Shown here: positions 39,665 through 52,619 of the stretch, one piece after another
Layout: each line of letters opens with the position of its first letter
How positions within the stretch are numbered: position 1 is the first letter of the stretch
Assembly (NCBI GenBank): GCA_964016885.1
Contig: OZ024741.1
Location: 177,320,001-177,384,000 of the forward strand
Reading direction: 5' to 3'
Source: Eledone cirrhosa
Lineage: Eukaryota
Length of the DNA: 64,000 nt
Position numbers and translations under genes: made by a program
Notes under the pieces: generated by a model
The model's database searches: none
Told to the model about the DNA's origin: nothing
Seen by the model: the letters and a program-made list of their open reading frames with translations, nothing else

Positions 39665-39952
39665 TTTGAGTCTCAGTCATTGATGTTAGTTAACTGGAAA
39701 GTTTGTTGAGATGAATATCAAGCCACTACCTTCAGCCTCAGATATTCAGGATGTATCGGAGGGTTCTTGCTGTTCCCAGCAAGCATGCCTTTTGAAGCGT
39801 TCCAAAAAGCGTGAAGGGGCCAATTTTCTTTAACCATCCCTGGAAACTTTTTGAGATAGTCCCTAGTGCGTCTATGACAATCGAGATCACTTTGACTTCA
39901 TGGCAGTTCCAAATTCCTTTTACCTCCCACTTTAAGTCCTGTTATCGGTTGA
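39663..39952 (-). mobile_element. Short 5'-truncated R4/Dong-like 3' end in (ATT)n
   Basis: Close match to 29650-29925. Confidence 0.9.
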
Positions 39953-40196
39953 TTATTATTATTATTATTATTATTATTGAATGCTATGGTTGACGGAGGC
40001 TCGGCTCTGTAAGGTACTGTAAATTTTCGAACGCTATAACAATTGTAAATTGTTTAAAACTTAGACCAACTTGTAGACAAAAACACCCTCCTCCTTGTGA
40101 GAGGGGTCTTTCTGCCCGTTATTTTGGCCCTTCGGGGTTAAATAACTGCTTATTGGGGTTTTGTACCCAATATTTATTTTAAACAAAAAAAACAAC

Positions 40197-42301
40197 ATGG
40201 CTACGAAAAAGAATGTGCATAGGTCACTCCCACTCATTCCGTCTTCTTCTTCCTCAATCGTCACTACAGCAGAGAGTAGATTGTCTCTCTCCCTCCCTTC
40301 TTTAAATGTGTCTCTCTCCCTCCCTTCTCTTTCGCAAGTGACGAAAGAAAAGAAAAGTTCTCGTGCAAAGCGTGCAAGGTTTCTCTACGACGACGACGAC
40401 AGCGACGAAACAGGTGTGCGGGAAATACGAAAACCCAGTTCATTCGTCTGACGTCAGGAATAATAGCAGTAGCAGCCGTAATAACAACAGCAACAGTGAC
40501 AATGAAAACAACAGTAGCAGCCGCAACAGCATCACCAGCAGCATAAACAACAACAGCATTAGCAGCAGCAACACCAACAACAACCACAGCAACAGCGGCG
40601 GAGGCAGTAGTCGTAGTACCTGCAGCAACAACAAAAGTAACAGCAGCTCTGACGACAACAACAACAACAGCAGCAAAGAAAAACCAATCTCATTTGCAGG
40701 TATTGCGAAAAACTTGGAAACAATCCTCATAACAAATGAGGAATTAGAGGAAGCGAAGAAGATGTTGACAAAGAATGGACACCGAGCAATCTGCAAGGCA
40801 GCGGAAACATTTTTCGAAACCCAACAGCACTGTACGGTCACGTACCGTACAGTAAGTACAAAATCCCGTAGGGTGGAAAGAGCCACAGAGGCTCAAATAC
40901 AAAAAGCCTTGGGGTCTGTGTGGCAGCGGAAAACGCATATCACCCGATGCAAAAAATATGCCACCGTAGACGTACTTTTTGCCACACCCCAGGAGGCAAA
41001 GGCCCAATCCGTAGTGACCCTAAGGAGCGCGGAAATGGTGTCGGTGCCCTCCTACTGCGGGCAAAAAATTGTGAGGGTCAAACTGACCCCCCCCCCCCCC
41101 CCGGAATGGCCCCTTCTTGGCTGGCCGCGTCTGTCCTCGTCGGAATCGAGGACAAAACAACTGTACTGCAAGTACAGAAAAAAGTAAGAGAAGACTGGGT
41201 CGGCACCTCCATTGATATGCTAATCCAAACCAACCAGGAGTGCATCGAAGCTATCCCGCATGTGATAGACTTCGATAACGGCACTCAACTGCCCATAAGT
41301 GTTGAGGGAAAACGCCCGAAATGCTTTCGTTGTGGATCGAAGACTCACCTCATGGCCTTCTGCAACGAGAAGACCCTGAGAAAGGAGAAAACCCCCCTCC
41401 TTCCGAAACCGGCTCCACGGCCACCAGCAACAGGACAAGCGGCAACCAGGAACGATAGGTCCGTGGCACCCATACCCACGCAACGGAAATCAAAAACAGC
41501 AGCAGCAGTGGAAATATTAACAACAACAACAGCAATACCTATGCAGCTGCAACAGAGACTCCAGTGCAAACATCACCAACAACAACAAGTGAAAGAGTGG
41601 AGCTGGTACCCCTCCCCGACCTCACAGAATCGGACATGGAGTGTGAGGTGGGAGAGGGATGGCAAAAGGTCGTAAGAAGGCACAAACGCTGAAGCAGCGC
41701 ATCGTCGCCTTTGAAAAGGGAGGAAAGAAATGAGAAAAGGGTAAAGTCTACTGCAAAGAGACCCACAGCAGCAACACCACCAACACCATCACCACCCACA
41801 CTAGCACCACCATCATCACCGGCGACAACCCCACCGCCAACAATACCTTCAACACCACCACCACAAGCACCAACATCGCAAACACAACAACAAAACACAC
41901 ACACCGAGCAACAACGACAAGAAAATAGCAGAACCACACGCCACCCCCAGAAAAACAAATGCACGGCAATAAATACACACAACAAGCAACTAATGAATTA
42001 CATAATTGAACACACAGACATTTCACAACATGACTCCATAATACCAGCACCAATCAAAACGCCAACTAACATAAGACTGCTAAAAATAGCACAGAAACAA
42101 TACACAAACATTAAAACGAAATTCCCCAACGCAGTTGGTGAATTCAGGGACCTAGGAGGAACTATCAATCGAAGAGTTTATTCAGATATTCTCTTAGAAG
42201 AGCCGACGCCCAGCCGAAGGGACGATTCAACGGTCCCTTCACCAGACGATCAAGTGAAAAGGGATGTAAAAACCATCCCTCCTCTACCAAAAGTACGGTA
42301 A
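40197..42301 (+). pseudogene. Tx1 ORF1 variant (CCHC knuckle), disrupted
   Basis: RPKCFRCGSKTHLMAFC; TVTYRT..KSRRVER..E.QIQKALG and VPSYCGQ are shared with A1/A2. Confidence 0.85.
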
Positions 42302-42336
42302 GTGGTCTTTCCCATCTTTTCCACTCTATTTTAAAC

Positions 42337-45300
42337 ATGACCTCACTCAGAATAGGCAGCATAAATGCGCGTGGCTTGGGGTCGTCATGGAAGCAGGGTC
42401 ACCTGCTCAACGACCTCAGGTCACTAAACATAGATGTAGTGGCCATCAGCGAGACCAGAATCTCCGAAGCACGGGCCTTCGCACCGATCTTCGGCGGCTA
42501 CGATGTGTACGCATCTCCCAGCCGTCCTGGATCCGGTGGAGGAGTTGCTGTACTTTTTCGGAGAGGTTTGGATCTCGCCATACGGGCCATCTTCCTGGAC
42601 CCAGAGGGTAAGCTGGTGGTGCTGGACGTGACCAGCGGAGACGGGCAAGTTTTCAGGCTAGTGGCCGTCTACGCCCCGACAGGAGCAGGGCGGCCTGATT
42701 TCTTCCGGCGTCTGGAGACCTTTCTTGGAACGTCCCGCTCTTTAGTGTTAGTGGGCGACTGGAACGGGATGTTAGATGCACCCTGGGAATGTGTGGGATT
42801 AGCGGATAGGGGTGGAGGGTGCAAGAGCCTCACCAACCTGCTCAGGCGTTTTGAACTGTCTGACAGGTACCGATTGGATTTCCCGAATGTGCCAATGTGG
42901 ACTTGGACAAATCGCATAAGGTCATCCATATCATATCTAGATAGAGTATTTTGTAGGGAAATAGATAGGTCTAGCATAGGCATTCCACAATTCAAGATTG
43001 TCAGCTACACGGACCACAAATTCGTGATCTATGTGCTTGACTTAGATAGGCTTCATAGACGAGGACCCGGCTACTGGAAGCTAAACGCGTCCTTACCAGC
43101 GCGCAAGGCCTACAGAGACCGGATTAGCGAACTAGTTAAGCGGGCGTTGACGGGGGCCATCGTCAACAACAAGTGGTGGTTTGCTCTGAAAAGAGCGATT
43201 AGAATAGAATCCATTAGGTTTAGTAAGGCTTTAGCAATAGAGAAAAATAGAGCAGAGGGAGAACTAGTTAGAAAATTAGGCGAGGCGCTTAGCAACGGCA
43301 TTGCGACCGACGTGCTTGCGGCGAAATTGGCCCTTGACCAATTCTTCAATGCAAAGCACGAAGGCTGCGTTGTCCGAGCAAGGGTGCGTGCTTTCAGACA
43401 CGAGGGGACGAAAGCAGTTCAATGGGACCGGGTGGCGGAGGCAGTCGTGGCAACAAAGCCACGATCCGGTCTTTAGTGGACCACGACGGGCGCATGCTAC
43501 TCGATCCCGGGCAGATGTGTGAAGCTTTTCAGCGACACTTCGCTCAGCTGTTCGGTGGCAGCGGTGGGCCGGTTAGAGGGATGGACTTTAGTGTCTACCT
43601 CGACGGACTGCCGCGGCTCTCGGCCACTGAGGCGAAGTGTTGCGAAAAGCCGATAACAGCCGCTGAAGTAAGGGCGGCAATGACTGGCTGCACAAGGGGT
43701 AAATCGCCTGGTTTGGATGGTCTGCCCTATGAACTTTACGTACAGATGCCAGACTCGTTCGGAGGCCTCTTGGAGGACATCTACTGCAACTGGCAACAGA
43801 ACGGGAGAATTACCACTTCTGTGAGCCGAGGAGCGGTGGCACTGCTGAGAAAGGATCCGAGCAAGGGGGATAACATAATTTCCGGCCCATAACTCTGCTA
43901 AACATAGAGTTCAAGATTTTGGCTAGGGTGCTAGCAAAGAGGTTGGCGCTTGTCGTTGGTGGTCTGGTGGGAGAGGCGCAGACATGAGCCATTCCCGACA
44001 GATCCATCCACGACAACCTCCACCTCATGTGATACATCATAGAAAGGGTAGCTAAGGAACCTGGCACGTGTGGGTCCTTGATCAATTTAGATCAGTTGAA
44101 AGCTTTCGATAGGGTCGACCATCGTTACCTAGCGGCAGTCCTGAGGGCGGCTGGCTTTGGGCCCCTCTTCAGAGGCTGGATCGCTGCCATGCACAGCGAC
44201 ATCTGCTCTGTGGTGAGAGTGAACGGTCACCTGTCGGAACCGTTCAACATCATGCGCTCAGTCCGCCAAGGATGTCGCCTCTCGTCCCTATTGTACGTAT
44301 TGACTCTCGAGCCATTACTTCCCAAACTGGAGACGTTGAGGGGAGTCCAGAGCGAACTGGGATGCGGAAGATCCGTGTCAGCATATGCGGACGATGTCAT
44401 CGAGTGGTGTCGAACGCCAAACACATCGAGGCGATCGGCACTACACTAAGAGAATACGAAGCGGTGACAGGAGCAATGATCAACCAGGAAAAGTCAGTGG
44501 GCCTGCAGCTCGGCACCTGGAGCGGCAGGTCCATGCCGTCCAACAGCGTCGTCGGACGCTGGACGAACGGACCGGTTAAATTGCTAGGGGTCTGGTTCGG
44601 TCCGGACCTCCAGACCCACAAAAACTGGGACGAGGTGACGCGCAGGGTGGCTTCACTCACCCAGAAAAGGGCGGAGAGGAAGCTATCCCTGAAAGGTCGA
44701 GCGGAGGTGGCTAACGCGTACATCGCGTCTGTCATCTGCTACCGCCTGACCGTCGTACCTTGTCCCAAGCCTTGCCTGACTGCGCTGGAGCGTTTGTTCT
44801 TTCGCTTTCTGTGGTAGGGTCGCGCTCCGATGGTCAGGCGGTCCATCTGTTGTCAACACCCGCTACGTGGAGGGCTGGGCATGCCGTGGCTGATGATACG
44901 CAGGCACGCGCTCAGGCTACGACATCTCCATCTCTTCCTCGACGGTGATCAGGTGTGGTCGCCGTTTGCTAGACACGTATTTCCCCAGCTCGTTTCCTTG
45001 ACGGAGCTGGAGTCCTGGGTCAAGCGAAGACCGAGAGGGAGCGCCTGGAGACTGGAATGTCTTCAGGCGCTCACAGCCCTCGACCAATCCGGCAATGTGA
45101 TCGGTGGAAACTCCACCTCGGCGTTCTATAGAGGATTAGTGGAGGGAAAGAGCGACGACGTACTTGGGGAAACTCTAGGCGTAGACGAAAATCAACTAGC
45201 CAATCTCTTCGGAAGAACTTTCGGGCCAGGGCCTATGGACAACTTCCAGAAATCTCTGGCCTGGCAGTGCTACCGAGGAGCCTTGCCAGTTCGGGATAAA

Positions 45301-45750
45301 CTCTACAGGCATGGAGGTGCCGTCAGCCGGGCATGCTCGAGATGCGCGCAGGGCGACGAATCCGTCCTGCACGCACTCGTCCAGTGTCCGAAAATTGCTG
45401 ACTTGTGGGTTTATGTCGAACACCTGCTGTCGCGTTTAGGACGGATCCGGCTATCATCTGAGTCCATCGTGAGGATTGCCCCGCCCTCCTCTTTCAGCCG
45501 GGAAGGGCAGGCAGTTTTTATCTGCCTGGTGGCCGTGGCGAAAGAGATAGTATGGTGGACACGTTTGAAAGGGCTGAAGACGAGCACTTACCTCTTCGGT
45601 GATGCTCTGATTGACTTTTTCAAATTTCATTTGAAAAGGAAAATCAGAGTAGAGAGGGAAGTGCTCTCTTCCCAGCATTTTGTTGAAAGACGGGTGAGAG
45701 AAGCAAGAATGGCCCGAGTGAATGGGCCTACTCTGAGTATATATCTGTAA
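42337..45750 (+). pseudogene. Tx1 ORF2 (APE-RT-zinc finger) with frameshifts and stops
   Basis: Intact APE (GSINARGL, ISETR, LVGDWN, YLDRVF, TDHK), RT (KSPGLDG, KAFDRVDH, RQGC, AYADD), CSRC..ESVLHALVQC. Confidence 0.93.
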
Positions 45751-45997
45751 ATTGAATGTGGAAAGCTGGGAGAGGGCACTTGCCTTGGTGGTCAGGGTCA
45801 TTGTGGCTTCTTACTGGGCTTTCTCCACAAATGTCCCTCCGAAGTCTCCCCCCTATTGGGGATTTTTCATTGTTATTTTTTGTCACATCCTCTGTTTTTG
45901 TTTTTTACACGCAGAAATGCCCATTTGTACCGTCCTGCATTGTCCTGCACTGTCCTTAATGTCTACTTTATGTAAACCCTTGTGGTTAATAAAGAAA

Positions 45998-46029
<32 letters not shown>

Positions 46030-46240
46030 TGGATTGGCAATATCAGTAAAGGGTCGGACGCCATGCTTTCCAGCTTAGAGTTACGTTCCTTTACGAAGTG
46101 AGTTCAAATCCCACCAAGGTTAAATTCGCCTTTCATCCCTACAGGGTCGATAAAATAAAGCACGAGTAACGTACTGGGGTCGATTTAATCGACTTTCCCC
46201 TCTCCCCAAAAATTACTGGCCTTGTGCCTGTATTAGAAAT
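46030..46240 (+). mobile_element. tRNA-derived SINE variant
   Basis: TGGATTGGCAATATCAG A-box region, GAGTTCAAATCC B box, CCTTTCATCC..GGGTCGATAAAATAAAG, 3' GGCCTTGTGCCTGTATTAGAAA. Confidence 0.85.
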
Positions 46241-46817
46241 CATTAATATTATTACTACCATTGTTGTTGTTGTTGTTCCTGTTAATATTGCAAGTAACAT
46301 TCGTAGCTTAGATACAGATATAATCATTATACTTATATATTTCGTAAGACATATTGGTAATTACATCTACCATTGGAAAAGGATTGTTACTATAATGTTA
46401 CTCATATAAATATATTGATTGCTATTATGTACAAAATGTATGAAGGAGAAGGGTGTAGATCACTGAAATTAATTCAATGTATTATTGGTACTTATTTTTT
46501 AAAAGTTTAGATCTACAGTTCATTTACTCATATGTAAATCGTTATAAACTTTTCGTAATCATGAGTAAAGGTCATGAAGTCATCGCACTGACTGAACTCA
46601 CCGAGAGATGCAGGGAGACAGTGAATTTTCTAAAACATAATTACATAATAGTGAATGATGCTTACCATAAATAAATTGCAGTAAACTTGGCAATTAGAAT
46701 GTCTATTTCAAGACGCAAAACAAAATACACACATGCATGCGTATAAATACAGAATATGTATGCATGTGTATGACTATAAACATGTATATTTAATACTTAC
46801 TCATATGTAAAGACGGC

Positions 46818-46819
<2 letters not shown>

Positions 46820-46861
<42 letters not shown>

Positions 46862-47146
46862 TTATATATATACTTATATATATATGTATACTTATATATA
46901 CTTATATATATATATACTTATATATATATACTTATATATGTATATATATATATATGTATATATACTTATATATACTTATATATATACTTATATATACTTA
47001 TATATATACATGTATGTGTATATACTTATATATATACTTATATATATACATGTATGTGTATATATATATATATACTTATATATATATCGTTATATATATA
47101 CATGTATGTGTGTATATATATATATATATGTGTGTATATATATGTA
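46820..47146. repeat. (TA)n / (TATATATACT)n low-complexity array
   Basis: Direct inspection. Confidence 0.9.
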
Positions 47147-49305
47147 TCGGAGATATTTAATTTGTTGGAAATCCAATAAATATAGATGTTTACAACTGAT
47201 TCAAAGCACCCGACACGATTTCTGGAGTAAGTATTCAATTGACATTAAATAAATGGAAACATATTTATAAAACCATATTTATTGTATTATACATATTTCA
47301 AGGGTACCAACAATTTCGGTAGGCTATCATGAGATAAATACAAAATGTTTTATAAATATTTGACATGACCAAGGATGATATACTTTAACGGTTCAAGTTA
47401 TCGCTGGAAAGTGAAGGGAAGAGAGGAGAAAAAGTCAGATATTTAAAATTATTAATATGATTATGCAAATGATGTGTATATTAAAGGGCTGAAAAAAAAA
47501 CGTTATTTTAGATGCTCTGGAAAATTTAAATATTTTTGATAAGAAAGCAGAGAAAGAGAAAAGAATAACGTTAATTTTGGGGAAAAGATTTGTGTTACCT
47601 ATATTATATATATATATAAAACTCTCAGTGTGTGTGTGAGTTCGAATCCCTAAAACTCTAGAACCACCAAAAAGACTGTTGTCAAACTTTACACATGTAA
47701 TACTTATGTTTCAGGGAGTGTTCTGACCCAAACGAATCTCAAATGTTCAATGCCCTGGGGACCGCATTAGGCAATTTAGCGATCTCGCTCTATAATTCTT
47801 AGTCGTTCTCTTTTTAAATAGATACATACATAGAACATCGTGCCCTTATAATATCTGTCTGTATGTCTGGCTGTCTGCATTACATCACTTCCCTGAGGAT
47901 GTCTGTGTGTGTGTGTGTGTGTGTGTGTCTGTGAGTTTGAATCCCTAAAACTCGAGAAGTACCCAACCAATTTTTTTCAAACTATGCATGTGTATTACTT
48001 ATGTATCAGGGAGTGTTATGCACATACAGAAATTCAACTTTGTTATGGTATTAGGTTAAAAAACTTCATTTTTTCAGATTTTTAGTGTTTTTTTTAGGCA
48101 TTACTTTGGACCGATTTCCTTGAAATTGTAACTATGTATTAGTCAGTCTCTTCTTCATACCGTAAGGAAAGAAAATCTAACTTGCTTATGGCCTAGGTGA
48201 AAAATTAGGTGAAAACCTAGGTGAAAAATTAGGTGAAAACTTCATTTTTTCAGCTTCTTAGGGCTTTTTGGAGGCGTTACGTCTAGCCGATTTTCCCGAA
48301 ATTTCAAGGCATATTATGCACATAAAAAATATTCATTTTCTTGATCCCCCAGGGCCCGCATTAGATGAAAACTGCATTTTTCCTGCTTCATCGAGGAAAA
48401 TCTTAAAGATTATCCAGCCATCAGAGTATTCGGTTTATTTTCTTTACATATTGTCCAGGCATGCAGTTTTCCCACGATTATGTCTGTTAGTGGCCCGCGT
48501 TCCAAAATACCTTATCCCGTGAAACGCCGGGTACCACTGCTAGTGAATTATAAAATTATAAGAAGAATTATAGTTGTAAGTATATTTATCTTATTACATT
48601 AGGATAAATTATATGTATATAAATATCTATATGTATATTAATAATTTGCGTATGCATTGATTGTTTATATAAACATATATGATTTACGAAGGTTGTTGAA
48701 CATTGTATTTTCAAGTTATGAGATTAGAATAATTTGTGGATTCAAAAATGTTCAACATGTAGAATGTTTTCAGGATATTGTTAATTTAACGAAGCTATAT
48801 AAGTTATCAAACTAAAATTGTTAAAGAAGAAAGAAAAAGGAAAAGGAAGACCACTTGAACGTTAATTTAGGGAGAATATATTCAGATATTTATCTATATT
48901 TATATGGAGAATTATTTATCTTATTATAATAACATATAAATATCTATACATGTATTTTAATAATAGCGTATGTGTTTTTTAAAAGGATAGTTTGTTTATA
49001 ATATGAGTTACGAGGGATGTTGTTTTATAAATAAGTAAAATAAACAGGTGTTTGTTCCTAACATAGGTTTCTAGAGATGATGATTTTATGTATATAAATA
49101 GTTAGTTACAATTTATAATGTTAAATAGGTAGTTACATCAGTTTCCAAGGATAACTTGAACCGTTAAGGTCATGTCAAATATTTATAAAACATTTTGTAT
49201 ATTAACTGATGATAGTTTACCAACATTTTAGTGCCCTTGAAATATATATAATAGAATAAATATGGTTTTATAAATATAGTTTCCATTTATTGAATATATC
49301 AATTG
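47147..49305 (-). mobile_element. Non-coding tail + inverted-arm element in (TA)n (probable PLE derivative) containing a nested Helitron
   Basis: Arms 47236-47414 and 49138-49305 are diverged inverted repeats. An unpaired 89 nt (47147-47235) lies between (TA)n and the left arm. Confidence 0.6.
47598..48543 (+). mobile_element. Non-autonomous Helitron
   Basis: 5' TATATATAAAACTCTCAGTGTGTGTG (exact start uncertain), internally duplicated 5' block, 3' hairpin CCCGTGAAACGCCGGG then CTAG|T, as at 13015-13044. Confidence 0.75.
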
Positions 49306-49313
49306 TATGTATG

Positions 49314-49419
<106 letters not shown>

Positions 49420-49421
49420 TA

Positions 49422-49512
<91 letters not shown>

Positions 49513-49639
49513 TCATATATCTATATATATATATATATACATACAATTGATATTAATAAATGGAAACTATATTTTTAAAACCATATATATTATATTATAT
49601 ATATTCCAAGGGTACCAAATATATATGTGTGTGCGTGTG

Positions 49640-49707
<68 letters not shown>

Positions 49708-49757
49708 AATATATATATATATGTGTGTGTATGTATATATATATATATATATATATA

Positions 49758-49953
49758 TAGGAACGATGAGGACCCCAACGGCTGAGCTCAAGCCGTTTCG
49801 ACGGCTAATTCTGGCGTCCAGAATTAGCCGTCGAAACGGCTTGAGCTCAGGCGTCGGGATCCTAATCGTTCCCATTACCCACTCTACTACCCTAAGCATT
49901 GAGTACTTTGGTGCGTTATGGTCCACCTGGTTCCTTACCACATTTCCTTCGTT
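49758..49953 (+). mobile_element. Miniature hairpin+tail element in (TA)n
   Basis: Near-perfect palindrome 49758-49874 followed by tail 49875-49953. Confidence 0.85.
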
Positions 49954-49954
49954 A

Positions 49955-49989
<35 letters not shown>

Positions 49990-50010
49990 GTGTATTTATA
50001 TATATATATA

Positions 50011-52539
50011 GTGATAATAATAAATGTGAAGACTAAAATCCGGAGAGGTCTCGATAAAGATGACTATATATCAGATATATAAGAACCGTAGACCAAATAT
50101 TTATTAAAATAACAGATTAAGTTTAAGCAAATAATCTTGTACTGTGAAACAATTATTTCGCGGTGATTGATTGGTTCAACGGCATATGCAACAAGGAACA
50201 TTGCCGTTTTATTCTATTCGACATCAATAATTACTACTCCTCCATCACTTTACCACTTCTTCTTAGAGCTATCAATTTCGCTAAAACACTCACAGTGGTT
50301 AAGGATTTCGAAGTTGATATCATCCTCAATGCCCGTAAGCAGTGATTAATTTCGACGACTCTATTTGGATAAAACAATCTAATAATACCCCTTTCGACGT
50401 GAGTATGGGCGCCAGGTTACAGATATTATCGGCCTTTTCCTTCTTTTCCCTATCAAGGAAGAATTACCCAACGAAACGTGGGCGGTGGTTTGTACCGTGA
50501 CGACGGTCTTTTGACCATGACAAAGTGCGAACCACGATCTTGCGACAGGTTCAGAAAAGAACTCACAGCCTTCTTTAAAGGCTTCAACCTCTCCATACAG
50601 GTTGAGGCCAACCTCTTGGTCGTAAATTACCTCGACGTTTCCCTCGATTTGTCGAATGGCTTGCACTACCCGTATAGAAAGTCGAATGACACGCTTAATT
50701 ACATAAGTAAGCATTCTAACCTTCCTGCCAGCATAACCAAGAACTTGGTAAGAAACGTTTCTTTGAGGCTTTCCCGTCTATCTACAAACGAGCATATTTT
50801 CAACGACCATTCCACATATTACAATGAAGATCTTGCTCAGAGTCGATTTGTCGATGAGGTAGCTTATACAGAGTACGAGAATAGACCTAGGAAAAATAGA
50901 TCCCGACGCATTATATAGTATAACCCACCATATAATATGGAGCTGGCCACACCATTAGCTAAGATCTTTCTCTCCCTTATTATGAAGCATTTCCCTCCAG
51001 CACATAAACATAGTAACATTTTTAATAGAAATACCATTAAAATTTCTTACTCTACGACTCCTCAACTTGCCCATCACAGCTTCAAATTTAGCTAAATTAC
51101 CTAGCCGTAGGAACACGTGCAGCTCTGTAGATACTACTAATTGTAAATGTAGGAATCGGGTTGACTGCCCTCTATCCGGGAAATGCCTCTCTAGTAACAT
51201 TGTCTACACATGTAAGGTTGAAACACCCACGTCCCGTAGGGCCTACATAGGGTAACCGCAAATAGATTCAAGCAGCGTCTTTACATGCATACCCATTCTT
51301 TTTTTTAACCCTTTAAGAAGGAATATGACGTCACTTTCAGCTTATATCTGGAGTCTAAAAGACAACCACACCCAATATAAGTTACACTGGGAGATCCTAG
51401 CTAAGGCTAGATCGTATAACGGAAATAAAAGACCATGTGACCTCTGCGCTGCTGAGACCCTGGAAATACTCTACGCCAAAGACCACACCTTAAACAAACA
51501 ATTTGAAGCAATTTCGACTTGTAAACATAAATTGCACAAAACTTTCCTGTATTATAGCCCCACATTATACCCTAACTGATAGTACGAACTATACGCGGAT
51601 ATTTTACGTCTTGATGTGGTAACTAAGTATATGTTATGTTAATACCTTTACTTATTCGTATAGGTAAGTATATATTACATGTATGTTTTGTAAAGGTAGT
51701 ATACTTTCTCGTACGTATAATTGCTTGTATATGTTATTGCCCTATATAATATATATACTGTTACATGTTCATATGGTTATGTGTATACATGAGTTTTGCG
51801 TCTGTGTGAGTATGCGGGTTCGGACGTATGTCGGGTGTGTGTATATGTGTATTTGTCTTCTGGTTGACGTAACTTTAGGCGAACATGTGTATTTACATGT
51901 AGGTGTGTGTGTACACGCATTATATACGTATTTATGTGCGTATATTTATATACGTTTATTTAATTTATGTATACACGCACACACACATGTATATGTATAT
52001 ATGTTTTATATATATTTTTATGTGTATTTGGTGTATACGTTGGTATGTGTGCAGGTACAGGCGTTGGGTGGGACCTGTATGGGCGTGCGTATTTTTTTTT
52101 GTACGTGCTTGTATTTCCATACCCATGGCGAGTGTTCTCGCGTATGCGTGTGTATGTACGTATGTGTATGTATATATTTAATTTCAATTACCTGTGTAAT
52201 TTATTTACTTTATTCTTAACTCCGAAGCCTAGAATCATTCGGCTTGCTAAATAGAATTTTAGTCTACGACTTCAGTTATAACATGAGTGTGGTTTTGTCT
52301 TCGCGTGTAATTGATTTCACCGCACCAAATAATAATGTATTATCTTCGTTTTTTTTCGTTCTTTGGCAGGGAACGTTACCACGAACCAAAGTATCGTATT
52401 CCTGTCTTCTTTCGGTTGAAACGTTTTTTGAAATATTCACTTCTGGTTCACAGATTGAATTTTTTAGTTTCAGAAGATCCCGTTAAGGGTGAAAGCAGCG
52501 ATTCGTTGCTTAAACTTTAATCTGTAATTTTAATAAATA
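50011..52539 (+). mobile_element. Penelope-like retroelement PLE2: inverted tail + short arm, then 5'-truncated tail-less long arm, in (TA)n
   Basis: 50098-50130 is the reverse complement of 52506-52539; RT and GIY-YIG lie inside. Confidence 0.9.
50150..51579 (+). pseudogene. PLE RT + GIY-YIG endonuclease, disrupted
   Basis: IDWFN, FDINNYYSSI, FDVSMG, GLYRDDGL, VNYLDVSLDL, YNPPY, KHFP, CKCRNRVDCPLSGKCL, IVYTC, AYIG, CDLCAAE. Confidence 0.92.
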
Positions 52540-52560
52540 AATAATTTATATATTTATATA

Positions 52561-52617
<57 letters not shown>

Positions 52618-52619
<2 letters not shown>

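Larger units (their letters stand above)
39979..45999 (+). mobile_element. Tx1 LINE copy A3: family-A ORF2 and 3' UTR with a divergent 5' UTR and ORF1; flanked by (ATT)n
   Basis: ORF1 ~40197-42301, ORF2 42337-45750, AATAAA + (ATT)n end. Confidence 0.93.

Noticed and set aside
51241-51260. In-frame stop in the PLE2 GIY-YIG region as possible selenocysteine recoding
   Set aside because: The stop is TAA, not TGA, and the copy has other frameshifts and stops.
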